DNA of 53,107 bases from Verrucomicrobiota bacterium (GCA_033762115.1 JANRLX010000088.1:1-53107); one strand, 5' to 3'. Positions 15,826 through 26,548 are shown, counted from the first letter of the stretch. Translations and numbers: made by a program. The notes: generated by a model not told the origin, from the letters alone.

Positions 15826-17052
15826 ATGTTTTCACTCGATGCAATGATTTTGATTCTCCGCAAATGCGCGATTGTTCTCAGCCTTTTACTGTTTCTGGCA
15901 GGTTGTGATAAAAACAAAAAAAGCTCTTCAACCATCACACCCCAGCACTCAGGGACCAATTCAATCTTCAATTGGACCGCATATCCCACCGTCACGCGGA
16001 TGCGACTGGGAACGCTTTCCTGCCAATTATTGCCTCGCAGCGTCATTCCCATCACGGCTCCGGTCCAGGGTAACCTGCGCCTCTACGTATCCACTCCTCA
16101 GACAAATCTTCCCGCAAATTTTCTTTGGGCGGAATTTGAGCCGGATATTTATGCCGCTGAAGCGGAATCGCTGGAAAATGCGCGTCGCAAGCTGGATGAG
16201 CGGGAGCGGTTGCAGGCGGAGTTGGAAATTCCTCGGCAGCGATTGCAGCTGGAACGCCAGATCGAGGAAATGCAACGACAGGTCGCCTTGTTGCGCCTTC
16301 TCTCCACAAACCAGGAACTGGCTGACCTCGCGCTGAGTATTCCCGGCCAAACCGGCGGTTCCCTCCGTCCGGATGCTTTGCTCAAGGCTGAAACGGAACT
16401 GCGATTGTTAAATCAGAGCATGGCCTATTTACAGGAAACCAACTTCAGCGTTCTCGGACTGGATATACCGACCATGCGAACTGAATTGCAGCGTCGAAAA
16501 CTGGAGTTTGAACGCCGCCAAAACCAGGCGCGGCTCAAAATGCCCTTTGATGGGCAGCTCACGGTTTCACTCTCATTGACCGAAGGCGTCAGCGAGTACA
16601 TCGTCACCGGTAATCAGGAAGTGGGGGTTGCGCGAGATCTCTCGGTCATCCGTGCCAGGGTCGTTTTTCCCAACCCGGCCTGGAGTTCCCTTCCGCCGGA
16701 GCGACTATTCGCTGTCATGCGCCTGCAATCAGGCATCCAGCTCGAAGCCCGGTTTGCCTATCAAAAAGTGGAGAGAGTTCAAAATCGTGAGGAGTCAGTC
16801 TATTATTTTCAATTTCCCACTGATAAATCAGCTCAGGCCGCTCGATTTATCGGGACTGATATCAGCTGCGAAATTTATTATACTCTCCCTGAACCTGCCC
16901 AGGTTATTCCCAAGGTTCATCTTGTTGTCCATAATCCTGTCGCTTTTAAAGGCCGCACCTGGATGCAGGGCCTGGAAACGGCGTTTCCGGGAAGTCGGGT
17001 CATTGCTGAGGGGCAGATTGAAGTGGCGATTGTCAAAGGGGGAAACAATTAA
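15826..17052 (+). CDS. Periplasmic adaptor (membrane-fusion protein)-like lipoprotein
   Basis: Lipobox LAGC. Lipoyl half-motifs ITAPVQG and LKMPFDG flank a long helical hairpin. Start may be 15844. Confidence 0.7.
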   Translation: MFSLDAMILILRKCAIVLSLLLFLAGCDKNKKSSSTITPQHSGTNSIFNWTAYPTVTRMRLGTLSCQLLPRSVIPITAPVQGNLRLYVSTPQTNLPANFLWAEFEPDIYAAEAESLENARRKLDERERLQAELEIPRQRLQLERQIEEMQRQVALLRLLSTNQELADLALSIPGQTGGSLRPDALLKAETELRLLNQSMAYLQETNFSVLGLDIPTMRTELQRRKLEFERRQNQARLKMPFDGQLTVSLSLTEGVSEYIVTGNQEVGVARDLSVIRARVVFPNPAWSSLPPERLFAVMRLQSGIQLEARFAYQKVERVQNREESVYYFQFPTDKSAQAARFIGTDISCEIYYTLPEPAQVIPKVHLVVHNPVAFKGRTWMQGLETAFPGSRVIAEGQIEVAIVKGGNN

Positions 17053-17741
17053 TGCATCCATTCAACGCCACCGGCATTCAGTGTCAGCAGGTATGCTATC
17101 GTTACCATTCATCCACTCCTTGGGTACTGAATGAGTTCACTCACACATTTCAGCCTGGAATCTCTTTGATCAAAGGCGCAAGCGGTTGCGGCAAATCCAC
17201 CCTCCTGCGGTTGATTGCCGGTTACCTTCCGCTTGAAAAGGGAGAAATCACTTTGCCAGGGGGAGCGACACCCAATAATCGCTTCGTTCAACGCCGGGAC
17301 CTCGGGTTTGTCTTCCAGCAACTAAACTTGCTGCCCCTGGCCACTGTTGCGCGAAATCTCGAAATGGCCGGAACCCTGGCGGGCTTGGGCCATGAGGAAA
17401 CCGCCGAACGCACCAGCCGTTGGTTGAAACTTCTCGGCCTTGATGCACTCGCCACACGGCGTCCCCACCAGCTTTCCGGAGGTCAGCAGCAACGTGCTGC
17501 CATTGCGCGCGCATTGATCAAGGAACCGACGATTCTGCTGCTGGACGAACCCACCTCCGGGCTTGATGACCTGAACACCCAAGTGATTATTCAAACGCTT
17601 CGTCAATACGTTACCGGCGCTAAAATTTGCATCATCTGTACTCACGATCACAGACTCGATTCACTCGCTCATGAGGTCCTCGATTTTAATCGCTTCCTAC
17701 CTTTGGAAAGACACCTTGTCGCGCTGGCGGGAACAGCCTAG
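17052..17741 (+). CDS. ABC transporter ATP-binding protein (LolD/MacB-like)
   Basis: GASGCGKST, GFVFQQLNLLP, LSGGQQQR, LLLDEPT, THD. Confidence 0.92.
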   Translation: MHPFNATGIQCQQVCYRYHSSTPWVLNEFTHTFQPGISLIKGASGCGKSTLLRLIAGYLPLEKGEITLPGGATPNNRFVQRRDLGFVFQQLNLLPLATVARNLEMAGTLAGLGHEETAERTSRWLKLLGLDALATRRPHQLSGGQQQRAAIARALIKEPTILLLDEPTSGLDDLNTQVIIQTLRQYVTGAKICIICTHDHRLDSLAHEVLDFNRFLPLERHLVALAGTA

Positions 17742-18816
17742 TAGCGTTTTGGCGCGTGTTTTTGTAGGGTTGCTCCTGGTCACAGTGGCAGCCCTGATCC
17801 TGGTCACATTCACATTGCTGGAGAAAAGCCTGCGCGAGCGCCTCAGCAAATTTGGCCTGAACACTCTGGTTGCAAGGGAAGTCATCACCCCGACCTCCGC
17901 CGACTATATTCCCAACGGTGAAGTTCCAAACCGCCTTTCACCGCTGGATGAATTTGGGAGGATGCTCCGATTGCGCCAATTGTTCACTCGCGCCAAATCG
18001 GAATTCGCGGGAGATCTGACAATCTTTACTTATGGCCAAGAATCACTTCCTGTTCTTGCGGAGTATCTCGATGCCAATACTGGCCTCGTCTGCGTCACTG
18101 ATGACTGGCCCGAGGGAAGCTACGTCACCATCACATTGAATCGCCAAAGCGGCCAGGCGATTGTTCGTCGTGCAGGCGATCTTCTTCAGCCAATCAATAC
18201 GGCAGATTTCATCCTGGTTCCACAAAACTGGTCGCCCGATCTGGATCGTGCTGGCTACACTGACATTACGCTCTTCGAACCGCTTGCGGACGGCTTGCCC
18301 ATGAATCGCTTCACTGAGGCCATTGCCATTACCTATTCGCTGGACCGACAAACTGCTCCCCAAATCCAAAGCGCACTTCCTGTGCTCCGGGAGTTGGAGG
18401 CGCTTCAAGCCCGTCAAAATCAGTGGCGTCTTGCCATGGCTGCGCTCCTCGGTCTTTCTCTGGCGCTTGTTTATGGAGCCATCGCTGTGCTCGAATTTCG
18501 TCAAAATCTATATGTCGGGGCCTTGCTCAGAAGTTTTGGCGCTCCGGGCAAAGCGCTCTATTTTCGCCAATGGATCGAGAACGCCTTCGTCGCCAATGCC
18601 GCCGCTCTTGTGGCCATTTTTTTCCTCTACAGCGTTCATGAGCAACTGTTCAAGATGTTCGGCTTCTCCTCTTCACTGATAAACTTAAAAGTCCATAATC
18701 CTTATTGGAGCGAGGAAATGGTCCTGATCCTGATCTGCGTGAATATCGGCGCTTTCATCAGTTCCTTGCCTGTCGCATTTGGATTGCGCCGGAGCGTGGG
18801 GCAGGTTTTAAGCTAG
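17671..18816 (+). CDS. FtsX/MacB-like ABC permease
   Basis: One N-terminal TM, a periplasmic loop, then three C-terminal TMs with EFRQ..VGALLRSFGA. Confidence 0.75.
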   Translation: MRSSILIASYLWKDTLSRWREQPSSVLARVFVGLLLVTVAALILVTFTLLEKSLRERLSKFGLNTLVAREVITPTSADYIPNGEVPNRLSPLDEFGRMLRLRQLFTRAKSEFAGDLTIFTYGQESLPVLAEYLDANTGLVCVTDDWPEGSYVTITLNRQSGQAIVRRAGDLLQPINTADFILVPQNWSPDLDRAGYTDITLFEPLADGLPMNRFTEAIAITYSLDRQTAPQIQSALPVLRELEALQARQNQWRLAMAALLGLSLALVYGAIAVLEFRQNLYVGALLRSFGAPGKALYFRQWIENAFVANAAALVAIFFLYSVHEQLFKMFGFSSSLINLKVHNPYWSEEMVLILICVNIGAFISSLPVAFGLRRSVGQVLS

Positions 18817-18822
18817 TGCCAC

Positions 18823-19791
18823 GTGAAGTCGATTGCGCTGCTTCTCTTTTTAGTTTGCATTTTGTCAGGCTGTGCAACCTCCGGGCATTCTCCCCAGGGA
18901 ACCACAGGTTCAACCTTCGTCAGCAATGCTGACCGCAGGCTCTTTACCTTGAAGGCAGAAAAGGTTTGGCGACTTGATCAACCCAATGGGGTCCGCTTTG
19001 ACGCCTCCGGTTTATTACTCCGAAAAACGGGGGAACTTTGGGTCGTCAGTGATCGTGGTTCCCGTATTTATCAAATTGATCTGCCCGATTCAGGCATTGC
19101 GACTCTGGCATCGCTGCCTGATTTTTTTCCTGACCTTTTCATGCGCCAGTTCCTGACGAATTCCCGGCCCGATTGCGAAGGCCTGGCTCAGGATGAAAAT
19201 GGTTTCGTTTATATTTGTGAAGAAAGCAGCCGTTCCATTTTCAGGCGTCATCCAGATCATCCAACTCCTGCTCGATTGGCAATAGACTGGACTCCCGTCG
19301 CCCGCCACTTTCATCCCTCCGATCGCAATATGTCCTTTGAAGGAATTGCACAGGGGCAGGGGAAGCTCTGGGTGGTTAATGAACGGAGCGATTCTCGCAT
19401 CATCGAAATCGACCTAAAAAATTTGAAAGTAATCGCTGATTTTGATCTTAATCCCAGTAATACCCTGTTCGGTGAAGTGCAATATTCTGATCTTTCATGG
19501 CACGGTGGCTATTTATATGTACTCTGTCGCCACCATCAGGCTATCCTGCAAATGGAACCGGCGACCCGACGAGTGGTGGCCGAATTTGATTACTCCCAAA
19601 TCGAAGAGGCCGCAGAAAACGTTTATTTGCGCGATTTTCCCACTGGCACCATGGAAGGATTGGCAGTGGATAGTCACTACATCTGGCTGATTACCGACAA
19701 CAATGGCAAAGGTCGAAGACAGGATCCCGCTGATACTCGGCCAACTCTTTTTAAATGCCCTCGCCCCGATGTGCCGGGAAGTGCACAATAA
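18823..19791 (+). CDS. Beta-propeller lipoprotein (SdiA-regulated/YjiK or phytase-like esterase family)
   Basis: Lipobox LSGC; repeats DASGL..LWVVSD, DCEGLA, SFEGIA, MEGLAVD...ITDN. Confidence 0.75.
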   Translation: MKSIALLLFLVCILSGCATSGHSPQGTTGSTFVSNADRRLFTLKAEKVWRLDQPNGVRFDASGLLLRKTGELWVVSDRGSRIYQIDLPDSGIATLASLPDFFPDLFMRQFLTNSRPDCEGLAQDENGFVYICEESSRSIFRRHPDHPTPARLAIDWTPVARHFHPSDRNMSFEGIAQGQGKLWVVNERSDSRIIEIDLKNLKVIADFDLNPSNTLFGEVQYSDLSWHGGYLYVLCRHHQAILQMEPATRRVVAEFDYSQIEEAAENVYLRDFPTGTMEGLAVDSHYIWLITDNNGKGRRQDPADTRPTLFKCPRPDVPGSAQ

Positions 19792-21103
19792 AACTCGCTC
19801 CATTTCCTGGTTCGCTTTCACACGAGATCGTTCCTCCCATTGCTGCCACCAGCCTGCGCACAATAGACAGTCCCAAGCCGTTTGAGCTTTCCCCGCCGGT
19901 GGGGCGTGCTGATAATTTAGAAAAACGCTGGAACAGTTTTCCCTGGTCTGCCGCGCTGATTCCAGGTCCTTCATCTCTCACCCGCCACTCCACGATTCCG
20001 GCCTTCTCATCCAGGTTTAAAAAAATCCGCTTTCCCTGGGGGGAAAATTTAAGCGCATTTGAGAACAGATTCTCGAGAACCTGCAAAATCGCGCTTTCGT
20101 CCGCCCAGATTGTTCCCGGTTTGGTAGGTTGGAATAAAATTTGAATCTGTTTGTCCTCAGCCCGTTTTTGGTAGTTCTCGATTAGTCGATGCGTGAGATT
20201 TCCCAGCTCAATGACTCTGGGCGTGAAATTCATTTTTCCTGATTCAATTGCATTCAGGTCCAGCAGGTTCGTAATCAGTTCCCGCATACGACGTGCCTCA
20301 CGTGAGATCATTTCGGCAAAGCGCAACGTCTTTTCCGGTGGCAACGATTGCATCGTCAGGTGCTCGCTTAAACCCATTACAACTGTCAGAGGGTTTTTCA
20401 AGTCATGCGCGGCGATTCCCAGGAATTCATTCTTTTCCATGTTTAACCGCGTCAGATCCATGTTGGCGGCCTCCAATTTCGCCATCGCCAATTGCATTTT
20501 TTCAAATGCTTCCCGGCGACCCGATTCAAAAATCATCCCCAGTAACAACATGAAAAGCACGAGGCCCAGGTAACCAATTGCCGTGATCAGCACATGCCAT
20601 TCTTTTCGATAGGTTATGGGCGGGCTTATTCCAAGAAACTCCACCCCCACCACAGTTGCCACGCAAAAAAGAGAAACGATTCCCCAGCGCCCTGCCGCGC
20701 TTCGATCCACCAGCAGCAACGCGCATAGCGGCACGCTGCCCAGCCAGGCAAGGGCATGCCCATGCATCCCTCCTTCCACCCAGCACAGGGCAAAAAATCC
20801 TGAAAGCAGCACAAATGCATACAAATTTCCTGCTTTTGAAAGGGATTTCGTGCGGCGCAAAATTGCCGGGACAAATGCAACTGCAGCACTGCACAGGACA
20901 ACGATACTCGCTCCCCAGTAATGCTCCAGGACCAGGTAAAATAATGCGTAAGCAAGTCCGAAAAAGCTTCCCAGAATCCCAAAACTCGTCACCAGTCGTG
21001 CCCGCCGTAACACTTCCGGATCATCAGCAAAGCTTGGGGGAATGAACTTCTCATGGAGAGGTCCGAGTAAACGAGCAGCCATTTCCGACAACCTGGAGAA
21101 CAT
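19751..21103 (-). CDS. Membrane sensor histidine kinase
   Basis: About six N-terminal TMs; H-box AAHDLKNPL, NLFSNALKF, DEGPGI, GLGLSIV. Start uncertain (21109, 21103 or 21082). Confidence 0.92.
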   Translation of the reverse strand: MFSRLSEMAARLLGPLHEKFIPPSFADDPEVLRRARLVTSFGILGSFFGLAYALFYLVLEHYWGASIVVLCSAAVAFVPAILRRTKSLSKAGNLYAFVLLSGFFALCWVEGGMHGHALAWLGSVPLCALLLVDRSAAGRWGIVSLFCVATVVGVEFLGISPPITYRKEWHVLITAIGYLGLVLFMLLLGMIFESGRREAFEKMQLAMAKLEAANMDLTRLNMEKNEFLGIAAHDLKNPLTVVMGLSEHLTMQSLPPEKTLRFAEMISREARRMRELITNLLDLNAIESGKMNFTPRVIELGNLTHRLIENYQKRAEDKQIQILFQPTKPGTIWADESAILQVLENLFSNALKFSPQGKRIFLNLDEKAGIVEWRVRDEGPGISAADQGKLFQRFSKLSARPTGGESSNGLGLSIVRRLVAAMGGTISCESEPGNGASFIVHFPAHRGEGI

Positions 21104-21271
21104 TCTCAACTGTTAATACAACGCGATCCCATTTCCACTCTGTCGCTGTGTTCAACGCGTCGAGTTTGCCACCTCAATTCTGGAAAGGCCAAGCGGATTT
21201 CATGCTGTTCGGCGAAATTTCGTGCACCTTCTTCACCTCGTTGGTCTAATTCTCGAAATCTCAATTGGATC

Positions 21272-24200
21272 ATGCGTTTGCTCCCGCTTGTGGAAAGAGA
21301 ATTGCGCGTCGCCGCCCGTCAGCGGCGGACTTTTTATGCCCGTTTCATCTTCGCCTTTCTGGCATTTCTCCTCCTCTGCTGGCTCCTCCACATTTTCAGA
21401 GATCAAGCTTCTGTCGGCAATCGCCTCTTTTATCCTCTCGCAATCAGCGTCTTTTTTTACTGTCTATTATCCGGCGTCTTACGAACGGCTGATACCATCA
21501 GTGCGGAACGACGGGATAACACGCTTGGCTTTCTTTTTCTTACCAATTTACGTGGTCACGATGTCGTGCTTGGAAAGCTTTTTGGTGCAGGAATTCACGT
21601 ATTCTATGGCTTTTTTGCCATCATTCCAATTTTAATGATTCCTGCCCTTGTCGGCGGTGTGACTCTCATTGAAGTCAGCCGCAGCGCCCTGGCCCTGGTC
21701 AGCACTCTGTTTCTTTCCATCTCTGTAGGGATCCTTGTCTCATCTTTATTCTTACGTGGTTTGATTGCAATTACCGTGGGAATCCTGCTCCTTCTGACAA
21801 TTGCTTTCGCTCCGTTGATTATCGGTGAAAGTTCCCGGTTTATTTTCGGAATGATCCTTTTTACCCAAATAATTCCTTCGATCAGCCCCTTTTACGCACT
21901 GATGATGGCGGAGGAATCAGCCCGCATTCTCAACCATAATTTTTATTGGGCCTCCATCCTTATTATTAATTTGATGAGTTTTCTCTCTCTCCTCATTGCT
22001 GTCAGGATCGTTCCCCGTTTGTGGCAGGATAATCCAGGCACTGTCCGACGCCTTCGCTGGGGCGAGCGCTTCAAGGCACTCCGGTTAGGTTCATTGGAAG
22101 GCCGTAAACGCTTCCGTCAAAAATGGGCTGACTACAATCCAATCTATTGGCTGGAAGGGCGGCAACAAGTTTCCAGCGGGTGGTTTCTCTTCCTGAGTCC
22201 TGTTGTGGCATCACTCGCCATTTTGATCGGCACTGGAGTGATGGGAAGAATTGCCGGAGGACGCAACGCTCCTTTGGAGGGATTATTGATTACCTGGGGC
22301 ATGGCCACGGCACTAATGCATGTTGCGGTTATTTACCTCGTTGGACTGAAGACAGGTCAGCGATTTTCCGAAGACCGCAAAAGCGGTGCGCTCGAGCTCC
22401 TCCTTTCCACCACCCTGCCGGTGCGTGACATTGTGCGGGGGCAATGGCTCGCAAATTTTCGTCAATTCCTGCCTCCGGTAATATGCGTTATTTTTTTTCA
22501 TCTCCTCTTTGCGGCAGGAGTCATGGCTGTGTTTCGGATATCAGGTGAATCATGGCTGACTCCGCTCGCTGTCCTTCGAGTCATTTTCGAAAATTTCAAA
22601 AACCCGGTCATTCCCGGTCCCAACTGGGAAATTGGCCTGATTTTTTTATTGATTGCTTCTGTTTTGGCAGGAGTGATTGCCGCGTTGTTTTCCATGATGT
22701 GGGTTGGGATGTGGATGGGCTTGAAAATGCGCCATCCCATGCAAGCTCCTTTGCTCACATGGAACCTGGTCGTGGCCGTCCCCTGGCCTGTTTTTATTCT
22801 GATCATCTATTTGATGAATAAATCCGGCTTTCGCTTCCCACACAACAATGTCGAAGTTCACTTCTACTTGTTGACTGCGATGACTCTCACATTAGGCAAC
22901 AGTCTTTTCTGGGGGATCAAGGCACGGCGAGCGGTGTATCGGGATTTTCGCAGCCTCGCGTCAGAACGTTTCATGCGTGCTGATAAAAAATGGTTCCCAG
23001 GAGTCGATCTTCCCCGGATTCGTCGAATCAGTCTGAGGCTGGCTGCTGCTTTTTTCCTGCTGTTCCTGCTTTACAGGTTTGAATTGTGGAGAGGCAAACG
23101 CCACTGGGAACGCACCCAGAAGCAATCTGCTTCCATTTTCATTTCACCTAACCAGCTTCCATCGGCAGTTCCCCCGGAGGATAACCTGCTTTCATTTCAG
23201 TTCGCCGAGTGGAAAAAGCAAAATGCTACAGCTGCAAAAAACTCTGTCGCTGGTTGGATGAGGAACTATCCACGCTACAATCTTCCTTCAGCTTCCGAAT
23301 GCTATCCCTGGATTAAATCAAATGCCACCTTGTGGGAGAAATGGAGAAGATCGTTTGTGGATCAGAGGCTCATTTCCACGAATGCAGCTGAAACAAATAA
23401 CGTTTCCTTTGTTCTTGGCGTATTGGAAAGATTTGAACCTGACCTCATTGAATTCCGAAAAACGCTCGACAGACCTTTTACAATTGCCAAAACGGAATGC
23501 CTGCATCGCCATATTGAGACCACTGTTCCGGATCAGGAAAATGCGGCGGAGATCCTCAGCCTCCGGGCGTGTGCCTTGCTGGAAACTGGTCGACTGAACG
23601 AAGCTGTCCGGGAAATTGAGTCCTTACTGTTGCTGACAAAAGGACTGGGCCGGGACGGACGTCTTTTACAGGCGCAGGTCCACTGTTTATTCCTGACGCT
23701 TCAACCCATCTGGGAGGGAATTGCTGCCCATCGATTCACAGAGGATCAACTTACCCGTTTTGAAAATGCTTTGGCGGCGTTAAATCTTCGTAAAACCTAT
23801 GAGCATTCGATCCATGAACTTGTAAGGGCCACGATCGACTGGGAGCAAGGTGTTGCCAATGGCTACTCACAAACACTGGTTCGCGGTCAGAAGCTGCTCC
23901 TGTCACTTTACCCCGATGGGTGGATTTATCAGAAAATGGCCAGCACGATGGCTCTATATGAGTCCCATCTAAAACCATGGTCAGCCTCGACAAACCAATT
24001 TTATCTAGCGAATGAATATCCTGATCTGCTCCAGAAAGTTCATTCACAAGCTGGCGGTTCCGTCACAGCCCTATTCACGCCGAATCATTTGAAAACACTC
24101 TCGGAAGCAGTTGCTTCGGAAACCTTCATCTTTACGATGGCGTACGGAATGACTGAGCTTGCCCGCACAGCCTGTGCGCTTGAGAAGTTTTATGCCGTGC

Positions 24201-24451
24201 ACCATGCCTACCCTGAAAACCTCCACGAACTTGCTCCCCGATTTACTCCTCCTCTTGATCCAGTCACAGGATTGCCATTCAACTATAGACGCCGCAGTTC
24301 CCGCAGTTACCAGCTTTACAGCATAGGCATTAATAACCGGGACAACGGAGGCGCTGCTTATTCCTATATTCCACGCTATTTTTATTCCTACGAGAGACAG
24401 TTTCATTCGGACATGGATTGGGTTTGGGCAGTTCCGGAGAATCGTCAATAA
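21272..24451 (+). CDS. ABC-2-type permease-like membrane protein fused to a large soluble C-terminal domain
   Basis: LVERELR start; two permease motifs ISAERRDNTLGFLFLT and FSEDRKSGALELLLST; C-terminus YPENLHELAP...DPVTGLPFNY...LYSIG. Confidence 0.7.
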   Translation: MRLLPLVERELRVAARQRRTFYARFIFAFLAFLLLCWLLHIFRDQASVGNRLFYPLAISVFFYCLLSGVLRTADTISAERRDNTLGFLFLTNLRGHDVVLGKLFGAGIHVFYGFFAIIPILMIPALVGGVTLIEVSRSALALVSTLFLSISVGILVSSLFLRGLIAITVGILLLLTIAFAPLIIGESSRFIFGMILFTQIIPSISPFYALMMAEESARILNHNFYWASILIINLMSFLSLLIAVRIVPRLWQDNPGTVRRLRWGERFKALRLGSLEGRKRFRQKWADYNPIYWLEGRQQVSSGWFLFLSPVVASLAILIGTGVMGRIAGGRNAPLEGLLITWGMATALMHVAVIYLVGLKTGQRFSEDRKSGALELLLSTTLPVRDIVRGQWLANFRQFLPPVICVIFFHLLFAAGVMAVFRISGESWLTPLAVLRVIFENFKNPVIPGPNWEIGLIFLLIASVLAGVIAALFSMMWVGMWMGLKMRHPMQAPLLTWNLVVAVPWPVFILIIYLMNKSGFRFPHNNVEVHFYLLTAMTLTLGNSLFWGIKARRAVYRDFRSLASERFMRADKKWFPGVDLPRIRRISLRLAAAFFLLFLLYRFELWRGKRHWERTQKQSASIFISPNQLPSAVPPEDNLLSFQFAEWKKQNATAAKNSVAGWMRNYPRYNLPSASECYPWIKSNATLWEKWRRSFVDQRLISTNAAETNNVSFVLGVLERFEPDLIEFRKTLDRPFTIAKTECLHRHIETTVPDQENAAEILSLRACALLETGRLNEAVREIESLLLLTKGLGRDGRLLQAQVHCLFLTLQPIWEGIAAHRFTEDQLTRFENALAALNLRKTYEHSIHELVRATIDWEQGVANGYSQTLVRGQKLLLSLYPDGWIYQKMASTMALYESHLKPWSASTNQFYLANEYPDLLQKVHSQAGGSVTALFTPNHLKTLSEAVASETFIFTMAYGMTELARTACALEKFYAVHHAYPENLHELAPRFTPPLDPVTGLPFNYRRRSSRSYQLYSIGINNRDNGGAAYSYIPRYFYSYERQFHSDMDWVWAVPENRQ

Positions 24452-24509
24452 AGATTGCCTTCCGGTCCTCTTTCATTGCAGGAACAGCTTCTCTTTGATA
24501 CACAGCGGC

Positions 24510-24824
24510 ATGCCCGAACAGTCATCTCATTCGAGTGGACCCGATATCCATAGCGAAGAATTTCTTCATCGGTTGATGAAAAGGCAGCTGCGCCTTTCCA
24601 TCACCTGCGCAGCCACTTTCATGTTGCTGCTGCTCGGCCTGCCGCTTGCCAATTATCTTTTCCCCCAGTTCATGAGCATCCGGGTCGCTGGCTTTACCCT
24701 CACATGGCTTATTCTCGGAGTCCTTTTTTTCCCCTTTGTCTGGATCATCTCATGGGTTTTTATCAAGCGCTCCATGGCGCTTGAAAATGAGGAGGCTGAC
24801 GCCGCTAACAAAGGTAAACCATGA
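24510..24824 (+). CDS. DUF485-like small membrane protein accompanying ActP
   Basis: Two TMs, IHSEEFLHRLMKRQLRLS; overlaps the start of the symporter. Confidence 0.75.
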   Translation: MPEQSSHSSGPDIHSEEFLHRLMKRQLRLSITCAATFMLLLLGLPLANYLFPQFMSIRVAGFTLTWLILGVLFFPFVWIISWVFIKRSMALENEEADAANKGKP

Positions 24825-26542
24825 TCAATATTTTTGGCGTTGAAGCGGATATCTGGATTGTCGCGTTTTCCCTGATTACCGTCATTGTGACGATTGGGAT
24901 GGGTTTCTGGTCTGCCAGTAAATCCAAAACAGCAGGGGATTTTTTTGTTGCGGGCCGCTCGGTCTCCGTGGGTTGGAATGCTTCCGCCATTTCCGGCGAA
25001 TATCTTTCCGCAGCTTCCTTTATGGGCATTGCTGGCATGGTCATGAATTCCGGCTATGATGCTCTTTGGTATCCGGTTTGTTACGCCTGCGGTTATCTGT
25101 TCCTGCTCCTCTTCATTGCCGGGCCATTGCGCCGCTTTGGTGCCTATACCATTCCGGATTTTGCAGAAGGCCGCTTTGACTCACCATTGTTCCGGAAAAT
25201 TGCCGTTGTCTTCGTGTTGTTTATCGGTTTCTTCTACACGATGCCCCAGATGAAAGGTGCGGGCACGGCGCTTTCTTATATCTTCAAAGGATTGCCATAC
25301 GAAATCGGTGTGATCGTTGTCGGCGTGGTCATTACCTTCAATGTTGCCCTGGGGGGCATGAAAGGAATTACTCTCGTCCAGGCGTTTCAATATTGGGCAA
25401 AGATGTTTGCCATCGCTGTTCCTGTTTTTGTGCTGATGGCCGTTTATGGGGATTACGGAAAACATCTTGGTGTCAACGCTGCACCTGTTTCCCAACCTGC
25501 CGTTGAAAGCGTTATCCGTCAGCCGTTGCCGGAAAAAGCCCCTGCTGATGAGAAATGGATTTCCCCCTTTGGTCCACTCACCAGCAAGGCTGCCGTCCGT
25601 GCGAAACTGCCTCCCGAGGAGCAGAAACCCTACTCGTTGCTTTATACCTATTCCCTCATTATCGCCATCGTCTGCGGCACTGCGGGTCTTCCACATATCC
25701 TCGTCCGGTTTTATACAAACCCGGATGGCGCCGCCGCCAAGCGCACCACCATGTGGGTCATGATTCTTATCGGTGTCTTTTACCTTTTTCCCCCGGTTTT
25801 TGGGGTCCTCGGACGGAATCTGCTGCCTGACCTCTACTCTGGCGTGGGGGCGAAGGGCACCGACAAGGTGGTCCTGGAATTACCGCGCATTCTCAATGGC
25901 CAATGTCCGGGCCTGGGCTCCATTATGAGCGGCATTGCCTGCGCTGGTGCCTTTGCTGCCTTCATGAGCACCTTCAGCGGCCTGCTGGTGTCAATGACCG
26001 GTGCACTGGCGCACGATGTTTATGGGCGAATGTTGCGTCCAAAATCCACTCCTGCTCAACGGATGCGTGCCTTCAAGATTTCCTCAGTTGTCATTGGCGC
26101 GGTCGCGATCCTGCTCGGAACCCAGGTCGAGGGACTCGAGATCAACTTCATGGTCGGACAAGCGTTTGCCATCGCTGCCGCCAGTTACTTTCCGTTATTG
26201 TTTATGAGCGCATGGTGGCGTGGCATGACCATGCAGGGTGCAGCAGCGGGAATGCTGGGTGGGGGCATCTGCGCTCTTATTGGCGTGGCGCTGACGAATG
26301 CCAGTGACCTGGGGAAAATTCCGCTCAACGATTTCTGGGTTGCCCATCCCTTGGTGCGAATCCTTTGTGAACAACCTGCAATCTGGACTGTGCCCCTTGC
26401 GATCACTCTCATGATCGTTGTTTCAAAACTCACCCGCAAATCAATCCCATCGGACATCCGCATGAAAATGCTTGTCCTTCACGCGCCAGAAAAACTCGGC
26501 CTCAAACAGGAATATATCCAGGAGCACAGCTCCGGTCATTAA
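24821..26542 (+). CDS. Cation/acetate symporter ActP-like (SSS family)
   Basis: DFFVAGRS, AISGEYLSAASFMG, RRFGAYTIPDF, GTAGLPHILVRFYTNPD. Confidence 0.88.
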   Translation: MINIFGVEADIWIVAFSLITVIVTIGMGFWSASKSKTAGDFFVAGRSVSVGWNASAISGEYLSAASFMGIAGMVMNSGYDALWYPVCYACGYLFLLLFIAGPLRRFGAYTIPDFAEGRFDSPLFRKIAVVFVLFIGFFYTMPQMKGAGTALSYIFKGLPYEIGVIVVGVVITFNVALGGMKGITLVQAFQYWAKMFAIAVPVFVLMAVYGDYGKHLGVNAAPVSQPAVESVIRQPLPEKAPADEKWISPFGPLTSKAAVRAKLPPEEQKPYSLLYTYSLIIAIVCGTAGLPHILVRFYTNPDGAAAKRTTMWVMILIGVFYLFPPVFGVLGRNLLPDLYSGVGAKGTDKVVLELPRILNGQCPGLGSIMSGIACAGAFAAFMSTFSGLLVSMTGALAHDVYGRMLRPKSTPAQRMRAFKISSVVIGAVAILLGTQVEGLEINFMVGQAFAIAAASYFPLLFMSAWWRGMTMQGAAAGMLGGGICALIGVALTNASDLGKIPLNDFWVAHPLVRILCEQPAIWTVPLAITLMIVVSKLTRKSIPSDIRMKMLVLHAPEKLGLKQEYIQEHSSGH

Positions 26543-26548
26543 AGCCAA

